NCBI GenBank assembly: GCA_964514425.1
Contig: CAZEQQ010000001.1
Span: forward strand, 1 to 27,178
Source of the DNA: an uncultured archaeon
GTDB taxonomy: Archaea; Asgardarchaeota; Heimdallarchaeia; Heimdallarchaeales; Heimdallarchaeaceae
DNA: 27,178 bases
Reading direction: 5' to 3'
Part shown: one piece after another, positions 8,073 through 17,921 of the stretch
Numbering within the stretch: the first letter of the stretch is position 1
Layout: the number at the start of each line of letters is the position of its first letter
Notes under the pieces: generated by a model
The model's input: the letters and a program-made list of their open reading frames with translations, nothing else
Database searches by the model: none
Told to the model about the DNA's origin: nothing
Translations under genes and position numbers: made by a program

Positions 8073-8126
8073 AAAGATAGAAAAGAAAAATAAAAAGAAA
8101 GATAAAAAGGAAAAAGAGATAGGAGG
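8073..8126 (-). terminator. U-rich terminator region after the 605-aa gene
   Basis: Long near-pure purine run on the + strand immediately after the minus-strand stop at 8127. Confidence 0.5.
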
Positions 8127-9944
8127 TTAATCCTGTATTTTAATAGTTGCTTGCTGTTGTCTCAAAGGTCCTTCTGATTTCACAGTAAGAACAATTTTCA
8201 CTATTTCACCAATGTTAATTCGCTTGATATGGCATTTAACATTGCTTCCTTCAACTTGAACATCTACAGTAGGAGGTGTATGTGCAGTGTATTCTGAATT
8301 AAATATTGGTTGTGTTACCAGAACATTGTCTAATGGTACCTCTCCACTATTTTCTACAGGTATCTCTATTTCGAACTCATTTTCTGTTAATTTCTTGAAG
8401 ATTGAAGTTATCTTGTAGGAACGTTTTTTGTAGTCAACAATTAGTTTAGGTTCTTTTCCTTCAAACTTTGCTTCTGTTCTGTAAGCTTTTGTTGGATTAG
8501 GTGCAAAGGCATCGATGATTGCGGGAGCAGGGTGATCACCACCGACTTTGGGCTTATTAGCTTTTCCAATCACTTTAACTTTCACAATTTCACCAGGAGC
8601 GATTTCTAAAGCTTTTAAGTCATAGTGATATTTCCTTACTTCAGAGATATCTTCGGGTTTAGGAGGTAATACTTCTTCTACTTTTTCTTCTTTGTCCCCT
8701 TCTAATTCCTCGAATGTTGCGACTTCTCTATGTTCTTCTTGTACTTTTACTTCTTCTTTAGGTCTTTCAAGAAAATCAATATCTAAAGCTTTTTGTGCGG
8801 ACTCAGCTAATACTTTATCGACCATCATATATGCAGGAATTGTATCTTCAATTTTTAATGAACCGACATTACTTGTTCCACTATTTTTAATGTCAATTGT
8901 TGCAACAAGTGGCACTACGGTATAAGTTGTAGCATGAGCTGGTTCAAATGTTTTTACAACATCAACTTTTGTAACATTTATGATATCATTGTCTTTTTCA
9001 TAGTGTATAACTGAATGTTCAGTTACTTCATATTGAACATAATAATCGAAGGATTTTGTTATTTCAGGGTAATCATTGGATGTAACAACAATTTGTTGTT
9101 TCCATGATAATTGATCAGATTTAGCGTCAATATGTTCTTTGGGTTCTTGATTGAATTTGTCTACATCGTTGACAGAAATTGTCACTTTGGTAAGCATTAG
9201 TTCAAACTCACTGCCATTTCTTAATCCAAATTCTACATTCCATTGGTTAGCAGTATCACTTTCTAAAGCTTTTACTTCCAAATCTACATTATCAGCTTCA
9301 GCTTTAATAGAAGGTGTTATTGAACTCATTTTGCTATTTCCTTCACATTTGCAGAATATTTGTCCTGTTTTATAAGGTTGTACAGTAGTGGGATGACAAA
9401 GTGAGGATACTATAAGTGTTGCACTTTCTCCAGGTTTTAAGAAAGGTATAACCCATTTTGCTTTCCTTGCATCTGTTTCTATAGTAATTTCTCCAGGAAA
9501 AGGATCAATTGCTCTAATTTCTTTTGTGTCAATAGGTAGATATTTTTCAACTTTGATGTTTTCCAACTTAAACGTAAAATTGTTTTTCACTGTTATTTGG
9601 AAAGCCAAGTTTTGATCTATTCCAAAAACAAGATCTTTATTTTTAACATTAATTGTAGTTCCATCAAAATTGGTATCAACCTTTTCATTTATTTCGAGTA
9701 AGGGATTAACAGTAGTTCCGTAATTTCGAGTAAATGATTTACTTGCTTCAATATGAGGAACTGTTTCTTCAGGAAAACCTGAGATATCAGCACCTATTTC
9801 AGCACGTAGGTCAATACCCCATAGGGTAGTACTTGAACTTTTATTGTTTATGCTCAGAACACCGTTTGAGTCAGAAGAAACAATCTTTCCCTTATTATCA
9901 GCCTTAATATTAAGATTTTCTTCTAAATGAATATTTGCTTTCAT
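8127..9944 (-). CDS. 605-aa soluble multi-beta-sandwich protein: mu-homology-like N-terminus, DUF11-like Ig folds, acidic insert
   Basis: Repeated (I/V)xNxG...(K/V)(I/V)ED/Q.(I/L)P and W.I..L.PGE motifs; no signal peptide or TM segment; Glu/Lys/Pro-rich insert at about 8650-8765. Confidence 0.6.
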   Translation of the reverse strand: MKANIHLEENLNIKADNKGKIVSSDSNGVLSINNKSSSTTLWGIDLRAEIGADISGFPEETVPHIEASKSFTRNYGTTVNPLLEINEKVDTNFDGTTINVKNKDLVFGIDQNLAFQITVKNNFTFKLENIKVEKYLPIDTKEIRAIDPFPGEITIETDARKAKWVIPFLKPGESATLIVSSLCHPTTVQPYKTGQIFCKCEGNSKMSSITPSIKAEADNVDLEVKALESDTANQWNVEFGLRNGSEFELMLTKVTISVNDVDKFNQEPKEHIDAKSDQLSWKQQIVVTSNDYPEITKSFDYYVQYEVTEHSVIHYEKDNDIINVTKVDVVKTFEPAHATTYTVVPLVATIDIKNSGTSNVGSLKIEDTIPAYMMVDKVLAESAQKALDIDFLERPKEEVKVQEEHREVATFEELEGDKEEKVEEVLPPKPEDISEVRKYHYDLKALEIAPGEIVKVKVIGKANKPKVGGDHPAPAIIDAFAPNPTKAYRTEAKFEGKEPKLIVDYKKRSYKITSIFKKLTENEFEIEIPVENSGEVPLDNVLVTQPIFNSEYTAHTPPTVDVQVEGSNVKCHIKRINIGEIVKIVLTVKSEGPLRQQQATIKIQD

Positions 9945-10075
9945 AGTTCTTACCTTTTTCGCCAGTAATAGTTTATTGCATACTCTTAATAATATGCTTT
10001 ACTGTTTGGGTAATCGGTTTGGGTATATTAAAACTTTATGTATAAAACTGCTTATATATTCTACTAGACCTTTGT

Positions 10076-10621
10076 TTATAATTTGTAAGTCTTATGCCTT
10101 GCAGAACGAAAACGCTCTAAAACGTTTTTATGGGTTATTGGTTGAAAGAGAGGTCTGGGCAAGCATAGAAGGGAAATAGTAGATTCAATGAGATCAGGAG
10201 TGCCTTCAATTTCGATAACTGCGCCAATATGAGTGAAATAGTCGATTGAAATGGAGGTATTATTAAAGTTTATGAGTTTCCTTTTTTTTATTATTTGTTT
10301 TCTTTTCTTAAAGCCTATTTTTTCCAAAATTCTATGTAAAGTTTCAAAATCATCAACATTGAGGTTAAGTTCTTCTCTTTTTTTATAGCCACCAGACAAA
10401 TCTATTACACCTTTATAGGTTAAAGTGCTAGTTCCATTTATTTCTCTACATCTTAAATCAAAACTAGGTGGAAAGTGAAATGGATAAGGATAATAAAAAG
10501 TATCTCGTATATTGTGTTCTATCCAATTTGAATTCGTAATAGAGGAGATATGGGTCTCAATGTTTTTGAGAGAATCTAGTTCCCAAGGAAAGAAATAGGC
10601 TTTTAATTCAATTTCATCCAT
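10076..10621 (-). CDS. CYTH-domain protein (class IV adenylate cyclase / triphosphate tunnel metalloenzyme)
   Basis: N-terminal EIELK (ExExK), LRCRE, LTYKG, REE, KKR, IEIE. Confidence 0.9.
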   Translation of the reverse strand: MDEIELKAYFFPWELDSLKNIETHISSITNSNWIEHNIRDTFYYPYPFHFPPSFDLRCREINGTSTLTYKGVIDLSGGYKKREELNLNVDDFETLHRILEKIGFKKRKQIIKKRKLINFNNTSISIDYFTHIGAVIEIEGTPDLIESTISLLCLPRPLFQPITHKNVLERFRSARHKTYKL

Positions 10622-10641
10622 ATAAGAATGAAAAACTCTAA

Positions 10642-10917
10642 TTATTTATTTTTTGTCTTTCTACGTTTAAGTTTGAAAGAGATCATAATGCCTAATGTAA
10701 TCCATGCAATCATTAAAATACCAATAGATTGCCATAATATCATCATATCATCAACATTTTGAGAGATTAAATAAGAAACATATATCCATACAGGAGGAAG
10801 AATAGCCAAAGTTAGAGCCACAATTTTGAATATAGGTTTTTTTTGTGTTTTTCTTTCTTTTTCAGTTTCTTTCTCTTTTTCAGTCCTATTTTTGCCAATA
10901 GTTTCTTCTTCAGCCAT
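10642..10917 (-). CDS. Small 2-TM membrane protein
   Basis: Charged N-terminus, two hydrophobic helices, basic C-terminus; SD GTGA. Confidence 0.75.
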   Translation of the reverse strand: MAEEETIGKNRTEKEKETEKERKTQKKPIFKIVALTLAILPPVWIYVSYLISQNVDDMMILWQSIGILMIAWITLGIMISFKLKRRKTKNK

Positions 10918-11050
10918 TGTAAATCACTTAATTGAATTATCACAAATCTTACTCTCTCGAGTAGATTGATGTTATTAAAAAAAAGTACTGTTATAAAAGG
11001 ATAACTCCGAATAAATTAAGCTTTTAAGGAGTTAACTGAAATGCTTTTCA

Positions 11051-12079
11051 ATGACGAGAACAATCTGTGTGTACTTATTCGGCAGTGAACCTGAAATTAG
11101 GGCAAAATTAGCTGGAAAGTTAGGAAAAAAGGGAACTGCTTCTGATATACGACTATACAGTTATAGTAAAGATTTTGTTATAGAGGTGGTCGACCCAATT
11201 CAATTCCCTCAAAAGAAACTAAGTTTGTATCAAACTGCTTTAATGACAGATGTTCCAATAATTTTGATACCTCTTTCAGGACCTGATGTGTATACGGGTG
11301 AATTTGCTTTGTTACTTGAAGCATTAAAATTTAGAAACGGAATTATTATTATCGCACATGAGGATGAATATGTCAATGTAAATGAGATTAAAGAGAAAAT
11401 TCAGAAAATTTTTACTAAATTAGAGATAAGTAAATTCCCGATTTTAGACATAAATTTCTCGGATGGTGAATCTTTGCTTAAACTAAAGGAGTTGATTTGT
11501 CTTCAAGCAGAAAAAAGACCAATTTATTCTTTTTCTCCACAAGAGGATATTTCGAGAATCGATGTTGACCATATTTTTCCTGTAACGGGTGTAGGGACAG
11601 TAATTTTAGGGAGAATACGTGCAGGCCAATTAAAAAGAACAGAGAAGTTATTTGTTTTTCCCTCTAAACGTACATGTATTGTGCGTTCTATACAAATCAG
11701 TGATGTTGAACAAAATAGCGCAAATGTGGGTGACAGAGTAGGATTAGCGCTTAGAGGGTTGTTGCCAAAAGATGTTGAAAGAGGTTTTATTTTATCTAAT
11801 TCCGATAAGTGGGAAATAAAGAAGAGATTGAGAGTGAGGTTAACTGCTTTACCTTACTCAAAAATTCCTGAAAAAGGGAAAACACGTCATATAATAATAG
11901 GATTGCAATGTGTTCTCGCGACTGTCGTAGATATTGAAAAAATCTCTGAAACTGAGAGTAAATATTGGGTTGACTTAGAGTTAGACGAAGAGATTACTTT
12001 TACGTTTGACGAAGCCGCTTACCTCGTCGACTTAAATAATAAACCTTCTACTATTGGTTTTTGTGAAATTAAAGAATGA
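11051..12079 (+). CDS. Archaeal SelB-like protein (aSelBL) with degenerate G-domain and EF-Tu domain II
   Basis: LGKKGTASDI, IDVDHIFPVTGVGTVILG, VRSIQ, VGDRVGLAL; canonical P-loop absent. Confidence 0.85.
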   Translation: MTRTICVYLFGSEPEIRAKLAGKLGKKGTASDIRLYSYSKDFVIEVVDPIQFPQKKLSLYQTALMTDVPIILIPLSGPDVYTGEFALLLEALKFRNGIIIIAHEDEYVNVNEIKEKIQKIFTKLEISKFPILDINFSDGESLLKLKELICLQAEKRPIYSFSPQEDISRIDVDHIFPVTGVGTVILGRIRAGQLKRTEKLFVFPSKRTCIVRSIQISDVEQNSANVGDRVGLALRGLLPKDVERGFILSNSDKWEIKKRLRVRLTALPYSKIPEKGKTRHIIIGLQCVLATVVDIEKISETESKYWVDLELDEEITFTFDEAAYLVDLNNKPSTIGFCEIKE

Positions 12080-12084
12080 AAGAG

Positions 12085-12981
12085 TTAAAGTTTTAACTCT
12101 TCAATCGAAATTTTTACAGGTTTATTATCCAATTTCACATCATCAGTTAAAAGGAGATCATCAACATAATATACTGTTCCCGCTACAGTAACATTTGGGC
12201 CAAGTTTAACTAATTTTCCTTTTACATTATTCTCAACATGAACATCTTCAACTTCAATAACATTGTGTGCGAAGATACTACCGGACACTTCAGATAATTC
12301 GCGTTTTCTAAACATTTTTTCGAAAGCAGAACGCTTACCACTTAATTCTACATCTTGCCCTAATACATTTCCATCAACCCTAGTTTTTCCACCTAAAAAT
12401 ATCTTACCTTGTGAAGAAACAGTGCCCTTAACTTCAAATGAACCAGAAGCAGAAATTGCTTTTTGAGCAAAAACATTATCACTGGCAGAAAATGAACCAC
12501 TTGTATCCAATTCACCTTCAGTATCAACAGTACCATCTACTGAGGCAGAACCACTGCAAGAAATGTTTTCTTTAGCTTCAAGTTTACCATTTGACTTAAA
12601 TGAACCTGAACATTTAACATAACCATGCGCAACTACACTTCCCGTCGCTTTGAGAGCACCTGATACTTTCATATTTTTGCACTCAATGTCACCATCAATT
12701 TTCCCTGCACCAGCTATTCTAATATCCCTTAGCACTTTACCACCAGTTATTTTGGTTGCACCAGCAAATGACATAGCATCATTTGATATACTGTGTGATC
12801 CAGCAACACTTATTATGGACGGAGTGGTCTCTGCTTCTTTTTCTGCTTCCTTTGCGTTTCTAAGTTTATCATCATATCTTGCTTTTAACTCTTCATAACT
12901 TTCTTTATCTATTTCTCCTTCTTTATATCGTTTTTCTAACAATTCTAGGAGTTCTTCATACATTTTGACATCTTTATTCAT
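12085..12981 (-). CDS. Bactofilin-like (polymer-forming) beta-helix protein with an N-terminal SHOCT-like helical domain
   Basis: About 9-10 repeats of 17-18 aa (xxx[SA]G[SA]xx[hydrophobic]xG); N-terminal ELLEKRYKEGEIDKESYEELK. Confidence 0.75.
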   Translation of the reverse strand: MNKDVKMYEELLELLEKRYKEGEIDKESYEELKARYDDKLRNAKEAEKEAETTPSIISVAGSHSISNDAMSFAGATKITGGKVLRDIRIAGAGKIDGDIECKNMKVSGALKATGSVVAHGYVKCSGSFKSNGKLEAKENISCSGSASVDGTVDTEGELDTSGSFSASDNVFAQKAISASGSFEVKGTVSSQGKIFLGGKTRVDGNVLGQDVELSGKRSAFEKMFRKRELSEVSGSIFAHNVIEVEDVHVENNVKGKLVKLGPNVTVAGTVYYVDDLLLTDDVKLDNKPVKISIEELKL

Positions 12982-13124
12982 TTATATCACCAATATATAT
13001 TAGGAGGGGTATTTAATAATGATTCTTTAAAACGGCTTTTTAACTTGTTTTTACTCCAAGTTTTATTCTTATACCAAAAGGTTAAAAGCGCAATATTTTA
13101 ATTCATGAACAGTATAACAAATGT

Positions 13125-13559
13125 ATGGAGCTAGAAGTATTAGATAATTCGATAGCTGAATCAATTTTTAGTATTTTTCGAGATCAAACTCGGAGAAAGA
13201 TACTAACTATGTTATCAGACGTTAAAATGACAGCTGATGAGTTAACGCAAAATCTAGAAATATCTCGACCAGCTGTTGAAAAGCATTTGAAACAGATGCT
13301 AGAAGTAGGTTTAATTGAAAGAAGAAGTGAATCTTATCCAACTTTGCGTTATATTTATTCCATTCCGCAATTTACCCAAGAATTAATTTCAAGTTTTCAT
13401 GATGTTGTAGAACAATTTATCATTTCCATGAAAGACGAATATACAAGAAGATTAGAAAATGAAGAACAAATGTTTCTTTTAGGTAGATCTACAAAAGAAA
13501 GGTATTTTGCTGTAAAAGAGGCATATGGAACAATACTAGAAAAGATTAAATTGGAATAA
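13125..13559 (+). CDS. ArsR-family HTH transcriptional regulator
   Basis: DQTRRKILTML, LEISRPAVEKHLKQMLEVGLI. Confidence 0.88.
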   Translation: MELEVLDNSIAESIFSIFRDQTRRKILTMLSDVKMTADELTQNLEISRPAVEKHLKQMLEVGLIERRSESYPTLRYIYSIPQFTQELISSFHDVVEQFIISMKDEYTRRLENEEQMFLLGRSTKERYFAVKEAYGTILEKIKLE

Positions 13560-13567
13560 GTGATAAG

Positions 13568-14071
13568 ATGGAAATTAAAAACAGACACATATTGTCTAAT
13601 AAAGATAAAAGAAATCTACTTTCAGAGTTGAAAAGTTTATATGGAGAGGGAAGTAGCAGTTTCATTAGTAAGTCAGATATAATAGAACAAGTAAAAACTG
13701 ATCAATATTTGACATATATAAAAGATAAAAAAATATGGTTGTTTTATTATCAATTAAATGATAAGGAGATTTTACTCCCTTCAATTCATTGCATACGTGA
13801 AAGCGGTTTTAAACTACCAGCTATTGTTGTTGATAAAGGGGCGATAAAATTCATTCTTAATGGTGCAGATGTTATGGCGCCAGGAGTGGTGTCATTTGAA
13901 TCAGGAATAGAGGAAGGAGATATTGTAACAATCCATGAAGAAACCGCAAATAGCATCTTAGGTATTGGTTCAGCTCTTGTGACGCCAGAAAAATTTGCTA
14001 AAAGCAAAAAAGGAAAAGTTGTTCATACTATTCATTACCTAAAAGATATTATTTGGGAATTCCAAATATAA
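13568..14071 (+). CDS. Pre-PUA (DUF1947) + PUA RNA-binding protein, MCTS1/Tma20-like
   Basis: LSNKDKR, LLPSI, VVDKGAIKFILNGADVMAPG, HYLKD. Confidence 0.92.
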   Translation: MEIKNRHILSNKDKRNLLSELKSLYGEGSSSFISKSDIIEQVKTDQYLTYIKDKKIWLFYYQLNDKEILLPSIHCIRESGFKLPAIVVDKGAIKFILNGADVMAPGVVSFESGIEEGDIVTIHEETANSILGIGSALVTPEKFAKSKKGKVVHTIHYLKDIIWEFQI

Positions 14072-14072
14072 T

Positions 14073-15986
14073 TTATCTTAAACGAATAGATGAACCATTT
14101 GGAGGAGCAATTGCTTCTTTCTTTGTGGTTTTATAAATCCAAGACGCAAATTTATTAACTTTTGATTCTTCTCCATGAATTACCACATAACGTTCAGGTT
14201 TAGGTTGAACACGTTGGACATAATTTTCTAGTTCTCTACGGTCGCTGTGACCTGTAAAACCAGAGATACTATGTAGTTGCATAGCGATATGATACATAAC
14301 AGTTTTACCGCCTTCAACAATAGACACTTCTGTTATTCCCTTTTGTATCTTACTGCCTAAAGTTCCTTTTCCTTGATAACTGACAAAAACCATAGAGTTA
14401 TTTTCATCAGCGCATAACTCTTTGAAGTAGAAAACGCTAGGTCCTCCATTAAGCATACCACTTGTTGCCACAATAATAGCTGAATCACCTAAAACGATTT
14501 TTTCTCGTTCTTCTTGGCTTGTCACGTGTTTGAATTCTTCAGCTAAAAAGGGATTCTGACCAGAATGAAAGATTCTTTCTCTTAAAGTTCTACTTAAAAA
14601 CTCGGGATGACAGGTAGTAATTGCTGTTGCTTCACGAATCATTCCATCGGTGTAAACAGGAATAGTTGGTATTAATTTTTCACGCATCATTGTTTCAAGA
14701 ATAATGAGAAGTTCTTGTGCTCTCCCTACAGCTAAAACAGGAATAAGAATTTTTCCTCCTTTCTTCACAGTATTTAAGATGATATTTCTCAACTGTTTCT
14801 CACATTCAATCCTATTAGGCAAAATATCTTGTGGTTTACCATATGTAGATTCAATAAATAGGGTCTCTAAACGAGGAAAGCGAACAACAGCGGATTCTAA
14901 GAGATTAGAGCGTGAAAATTTCATATCTTGTGCAAAGGCAATATTATAGATACCCTCACCTATATGTAAGTGAGTTATAGCACTTCCCGCAATATGACCA
15001 GCATTGTGGAAAGTTAAACGTAAATCAGGAGAGATATCGGTAACCTCACCATAGTCTAAAACAATGGTATGTAGAACTGTTTCAGTGATATCTTTCTTTA
15101 AGTAAGGCAACATTTTTCCTTCTTTTTCCGCTATATCCAAAAAGTCAATCTGCAGCATGGTCATTAAGTCCCTAGTAGGTTTTGTACAGTACACTGGACC
15201 TTGAAAACCATATTTGTATAGATAAGGTACAAAGCCGGAATGGTCTAGATGTGCATGTGATACAATTATTGCATCGAGGCTTTCAACATCAAATTCAGGT
15301 AAATCAAATCTAGGAAACATGTTTCCAGGAGCGTGAGCACCTACATTTATACCACAATCCACAAGAACATTGCTTTCACCTGTTTGAACTAAAGAACAGC
15401 TTCTTCCAACTTCAGCATAACCGCCTAATGCTGTTACTCTGATGGTATCATCTCTAAATATAAGAGGCCGATGAATACGTTGTCCAATTAATCTAAGTAT
15501 TCTTTGTCTTTTAACAGAATGCTCTTGATATAGATGTCTTATTGTTTTAATTACTCTTGATTCAATTGGAGGCGTTCTCATCACACGAGGGCGCCATAAA
15601 GTTTCAGCAATAATTTTTCTTAATATTTCTCCAGATTTACCAATAATAACACCGGGTTTGTTAGCTTCAACTATTATTTCCCCTAAATTATCATCAAAGT
15701 CAAATGAAGTTATTTCCCCTTCTTCTCCTATCAAATTCTGTACATAGTTCTTTGTTTCCTCTTTAGGTAAACGAACATTTGGATCGGAACGAATGACAAT
15801 TCTTTTTCTTATTTTCTTTGCTAAATCTTTAACAATGGTTTCATCATTTACAAGAACACCAGGATTCTTTGAGTATATTGCGACTTCAGGTCCTTCAAAT
15901 TCAATCTGTGTAACACTTTTTGAATCTGAACCCAATTCTTCCTTAATATCTTCCTTAATTTTATCGAGAACTTCTTTATAGCTCAA
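14073..15986 (-). CDS. fttA: aCPSF1/FttA beta-CASP ribonuclease with KH domains (transcription termination factor)
   Basis: KH GVIIGKSG, EVGRSC, HAHLDH, AGHIAGS, ESTYG, GHSD; TTG start. Confidence 0.97.
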   Translation of the reverse strand: MSYKEVLDKIKEDIKEELGSDSKSVTQIEFEGPEVAIYSKNPGVLVNDETIVKDLAKKIRKRIVIRSDPNVRLPKEETKNYVQNLIGEEGEITSFDFDDNLGEIIVEANKPGVIIGKSGEILRKIIAETLWRPRVMRTPPIESRVIKTIRHLYQEHSVKRQRILRLIGQRIHRPLIFRDDTIRVTALGGYAEVGRSCSLVQTGESNVLVDCGINVGAHAPGNMFPRFDLPEFDVESLDAIIVSHAHLDHSGFVPYLYKYGFQGPVYCTKPTRDLMTMLQIDFLDIAEKEGKMLPYLKKDITETVLHTIVLDYGEVTDISPDLRLTFHNAGHIAGSAITHLHIGEGIYNIAFAQDMKFSRSNLLESAVVRFPRLETLFIESTYGKPQDILPNRIECEKQLRNIILNTVKKGGKILIPVLAVGRAQELLIILETMMREKLIPTIPVYTDGMIREATAITTCHPEFLSRTLRERIFHSGQNPFLAEEFKHVTSQEEREKIVLGDSAIIVATSGMLNGGPSVFYFKELCADENNSMVFVSYQGKGTLGSKIQKGITEVSIVEGGKTVMYHIAMQLHSISGFTGHSDRRELENYVQRVQPKPERYVVIHGEESKVNKFASWIYKTTKKEAIAPPNGSSIRLR

Positions 15987-16030
15987 ATCAACAACCCTAC
16001 ATAAATTGTTAAGTTACAATTTAACTAAAT

Positions 16031-16048
16031 GAAACTAAAAATAGTTTC
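16031..16048. promoter_or_regulatory. Perfect inverted repeat about 45 bp upstream of fttA
   Basis: GAAACTA-AAAA-TAGTTTC. Confidence 0.3.
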
Positions 16049-16230
16049 TACAGTTTAAACAAAACTACAAGCTGTATTTCTAAAGTTGGTATAAATACTT
16101 TGTGTTTATTTAAAGTTTTAATAAAGACTAAGAAGAAATTGTAACCATAGAAAGCCTACAAGATAAGGGGTTATTGTTTTTGATAGCAGAAATAACAACT
16201 AAATTTTGTTTAAGAGTTTCATTTCCCCAT

Positions 16231-16776
16231 TTATCCGCCTTTGCGTAAATACCATCCACGATCGAAAGGAGTATTTTTCTTTCCTTTTATTAAAATATCA
16301 TTAGGTTTAGCATGATTAAGTTCATTGGAGCTCAGAAGTGTTTCACCAACGCCATAATGCAAACCATCATTTCCATAAACTGATACAATATCTCCTTTTT
16401 TGAAAGGAGAAGTAAAATCAAAAACATTTGCAACAAATATTGAACGACCATAAAGAAATTGTTGTGTTTTCACATGAATTTTCTTTGTTAAAAGGTAATC
16501 AAAGTATTTAGCACCTTCAATTTCTAAGTGAAAAATGTCATCCTTTATTATGCCAATCGATATCCCAGCAGAATAAACGATTAAAGAATACGATGAAATA
16601 AGTTCAGAGAGATCAGAAGGAACAAGAAATACTTCTTTTACTTTTCCCTCTTTTATCCAGAGGTCCATATGAACAATTGACCCCAATGAAGACTTTAATC
16701 TAGTAATAAAGAAGTCGCTAAGTATAGCTGCTTCAGTTTTGGATATCTGTCTAAAAATAAAAGTACTTTCATTCAC
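16231..16776 (-). CDS. NIP7-like PUA-domain ribosome biogenesis protein
   Basis: YSAGISIG, QQFLYGRSI, DRGWYLRKGG; overlaps the upstream NOP2-like gene. Confidence 0.82.
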   Translation of the reverse strand: MNESTFIFRQISKTEAAILSDFFITRLKSSLGSIVHMDLWIKEGKVKEVFLVPSDLSELISSYSLIVYSAGISIGIIKDDIFHLEIEGAKYFDYLLTKKIHVKTQQFLYGRSIFVANVFDFTSPFKKGDIVSVYGNDGLHYGVGETLLSSNELNHAKPNDILIKGKKNTPFDRGWYLRKGG

Positions 16777-17737
16777 TGTTCTTCACCATCTTTGTTATAA
16801 AAAATCCTTCTCCTTTTGTTTTATGGGGATAAAGCCGTTTAGCATTTACTAATTGAGAGTTGAAAAACTTTCCTTGAAAGTCTAATAAACCCGGGTCACC
16901 TTCAATGTCAAGAGGAAGGAGAGAGAGATCATAGTGTTCCAAAATTTTAGATATTACAGCTTCATTTTCTTCTGGTTCTAATGAACACGTACAATAAACA
17001 ATGTTCCCACCAACATTTAAAGATTTAATTGCAGTTTCCAAGAGTTCAACTTGTTTTGTATAGAACCTGTTCAATTCTACCTCATTTATACTGTTCTTTC
17101 TGCTTTTATCAGAAACAATGATACCTGAGCCTGAACAAGGGGCATCAAGCAAAATTTTATCAAATTTTAACGAGGTGGTAAGAATGTTTCTAGCGTCCAT
17201 ATTCAAAATGATTGTATTTTTAATCCCCATTCGCGAGAGATTAGCTTTAAGGGATCGGCATCTATTTGCACTAATTTCAACTGCTATAATTTTCCCTTTA
17301 TTTTTCATTAGCTGTGCAAGGTGAGAAGTTTTACCTCCTGGTGCAGCAGCAAAATCACCAACTAAATCATTTTGAGAAGCATCAAGTAATCGAGAAGGAT
17401 ACATCGAATTTTTTCCTTGTATAAAATATGAACCATTTAAAAATTCTGGCGTACTAGATAAAGCAACAGGAGAGTTGATAACTGTATACCCTTCAGGAAT
17501 AGAAGGGATATTGGAAAGAATAAACCCTTTCTTTTTTAGAGAGGCAAGTATAATTTCTTGTGAATCGTTAATTGTATTGATTCTAATAGTTTTCTCTAAA
17601 TATGTTTCATTAAAATGTAGTAAGGAATATGCTTCCTGAAGACCAAGAAGAGTGAGATATCTCTGTATCATGTAGGGTAAATAACCCAGTTTTTGCCCTA
17701 GTTCCATCACCTTTGAGATATTGTCTTCAGTTTTCAT
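16769..17737 (-). CDS. RsmB/NOP2 (NSUN) RNA m5C methyltransferase
   Basis: DFAAAPGGKT, LDAPCSGSG, YCTCSLEPEENE. Confidence 0.96.
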   Translation of the reverse strand: MKTEDNISKVMELGQKLGYLPYMIQRYLTLLGLQEAYSLLHFNETYLEKTIRINTINDSQEIILASLKKKGFILSNIPSIPEGYTVINSPVALSSTPEFLNGSYFIQGKNSMYPSRLLDASQNDLVGDFAAAPGGKTSHLAQLMKNKGKIIAVEISANRCRSLKANLSRMGIKNTIILNMDARNILTTSLKFDKILLDAPCSGSGIIVSDKSRKNSINEVELNRFYTKQVELLETAIKSLNVGGNIVYCTCSLEPEENEAVISKILEHYDLSLLPLDIEGDPGLLDFQGKFFNSQLVNAKRLYPHKTKGEGFFITKMVKNSE

Positions 17738-17921
17738 AGATATTGTTAAAACAAGATTGTTTTAACTTTTTTGAAATATTAAAATGTGACTTTGAAAACA
17801 TAAATAGCCTTGTACTTAGCGCTATAAAACTTTTTAACGTAATTGACTAAAAGTTAAATGGTTTAAGCAAAAAAGAAAGAATAGAATAGTTAATAAATAG
17901 AGGTTTTATGGAATTTTAATC

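Noticed and set aside
5677-10621. ThiL plus CYTH as a thiamine-triphosphate module
   Set aside because: The genes are separated by unrelated genes, and CYTH substrate cannot be inferred from sequence alone.
11002-11088. Hairpin (TAACTCC/GGAGTTA) over a GGAG site, plus an out-of-frame 15-aa ORF from ATG 11041
   Set aside because: A single instance in AT-rich DNA with no independent support; it could be chance.
11051-12079. True selenocysteine elongation factor or Sec system
   Set aside because: The G-domain is degenerate (aSelBL type); no in-frame UGA selenoprotein or convincing SECIS was seen in the window.
17740-17860. Imperfect A/T inverted repeats in the NOP2/UPF0179 divergent promoter
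   Set aside because: They consist almost entirely of A/T runs, as expected by chance at this composition.
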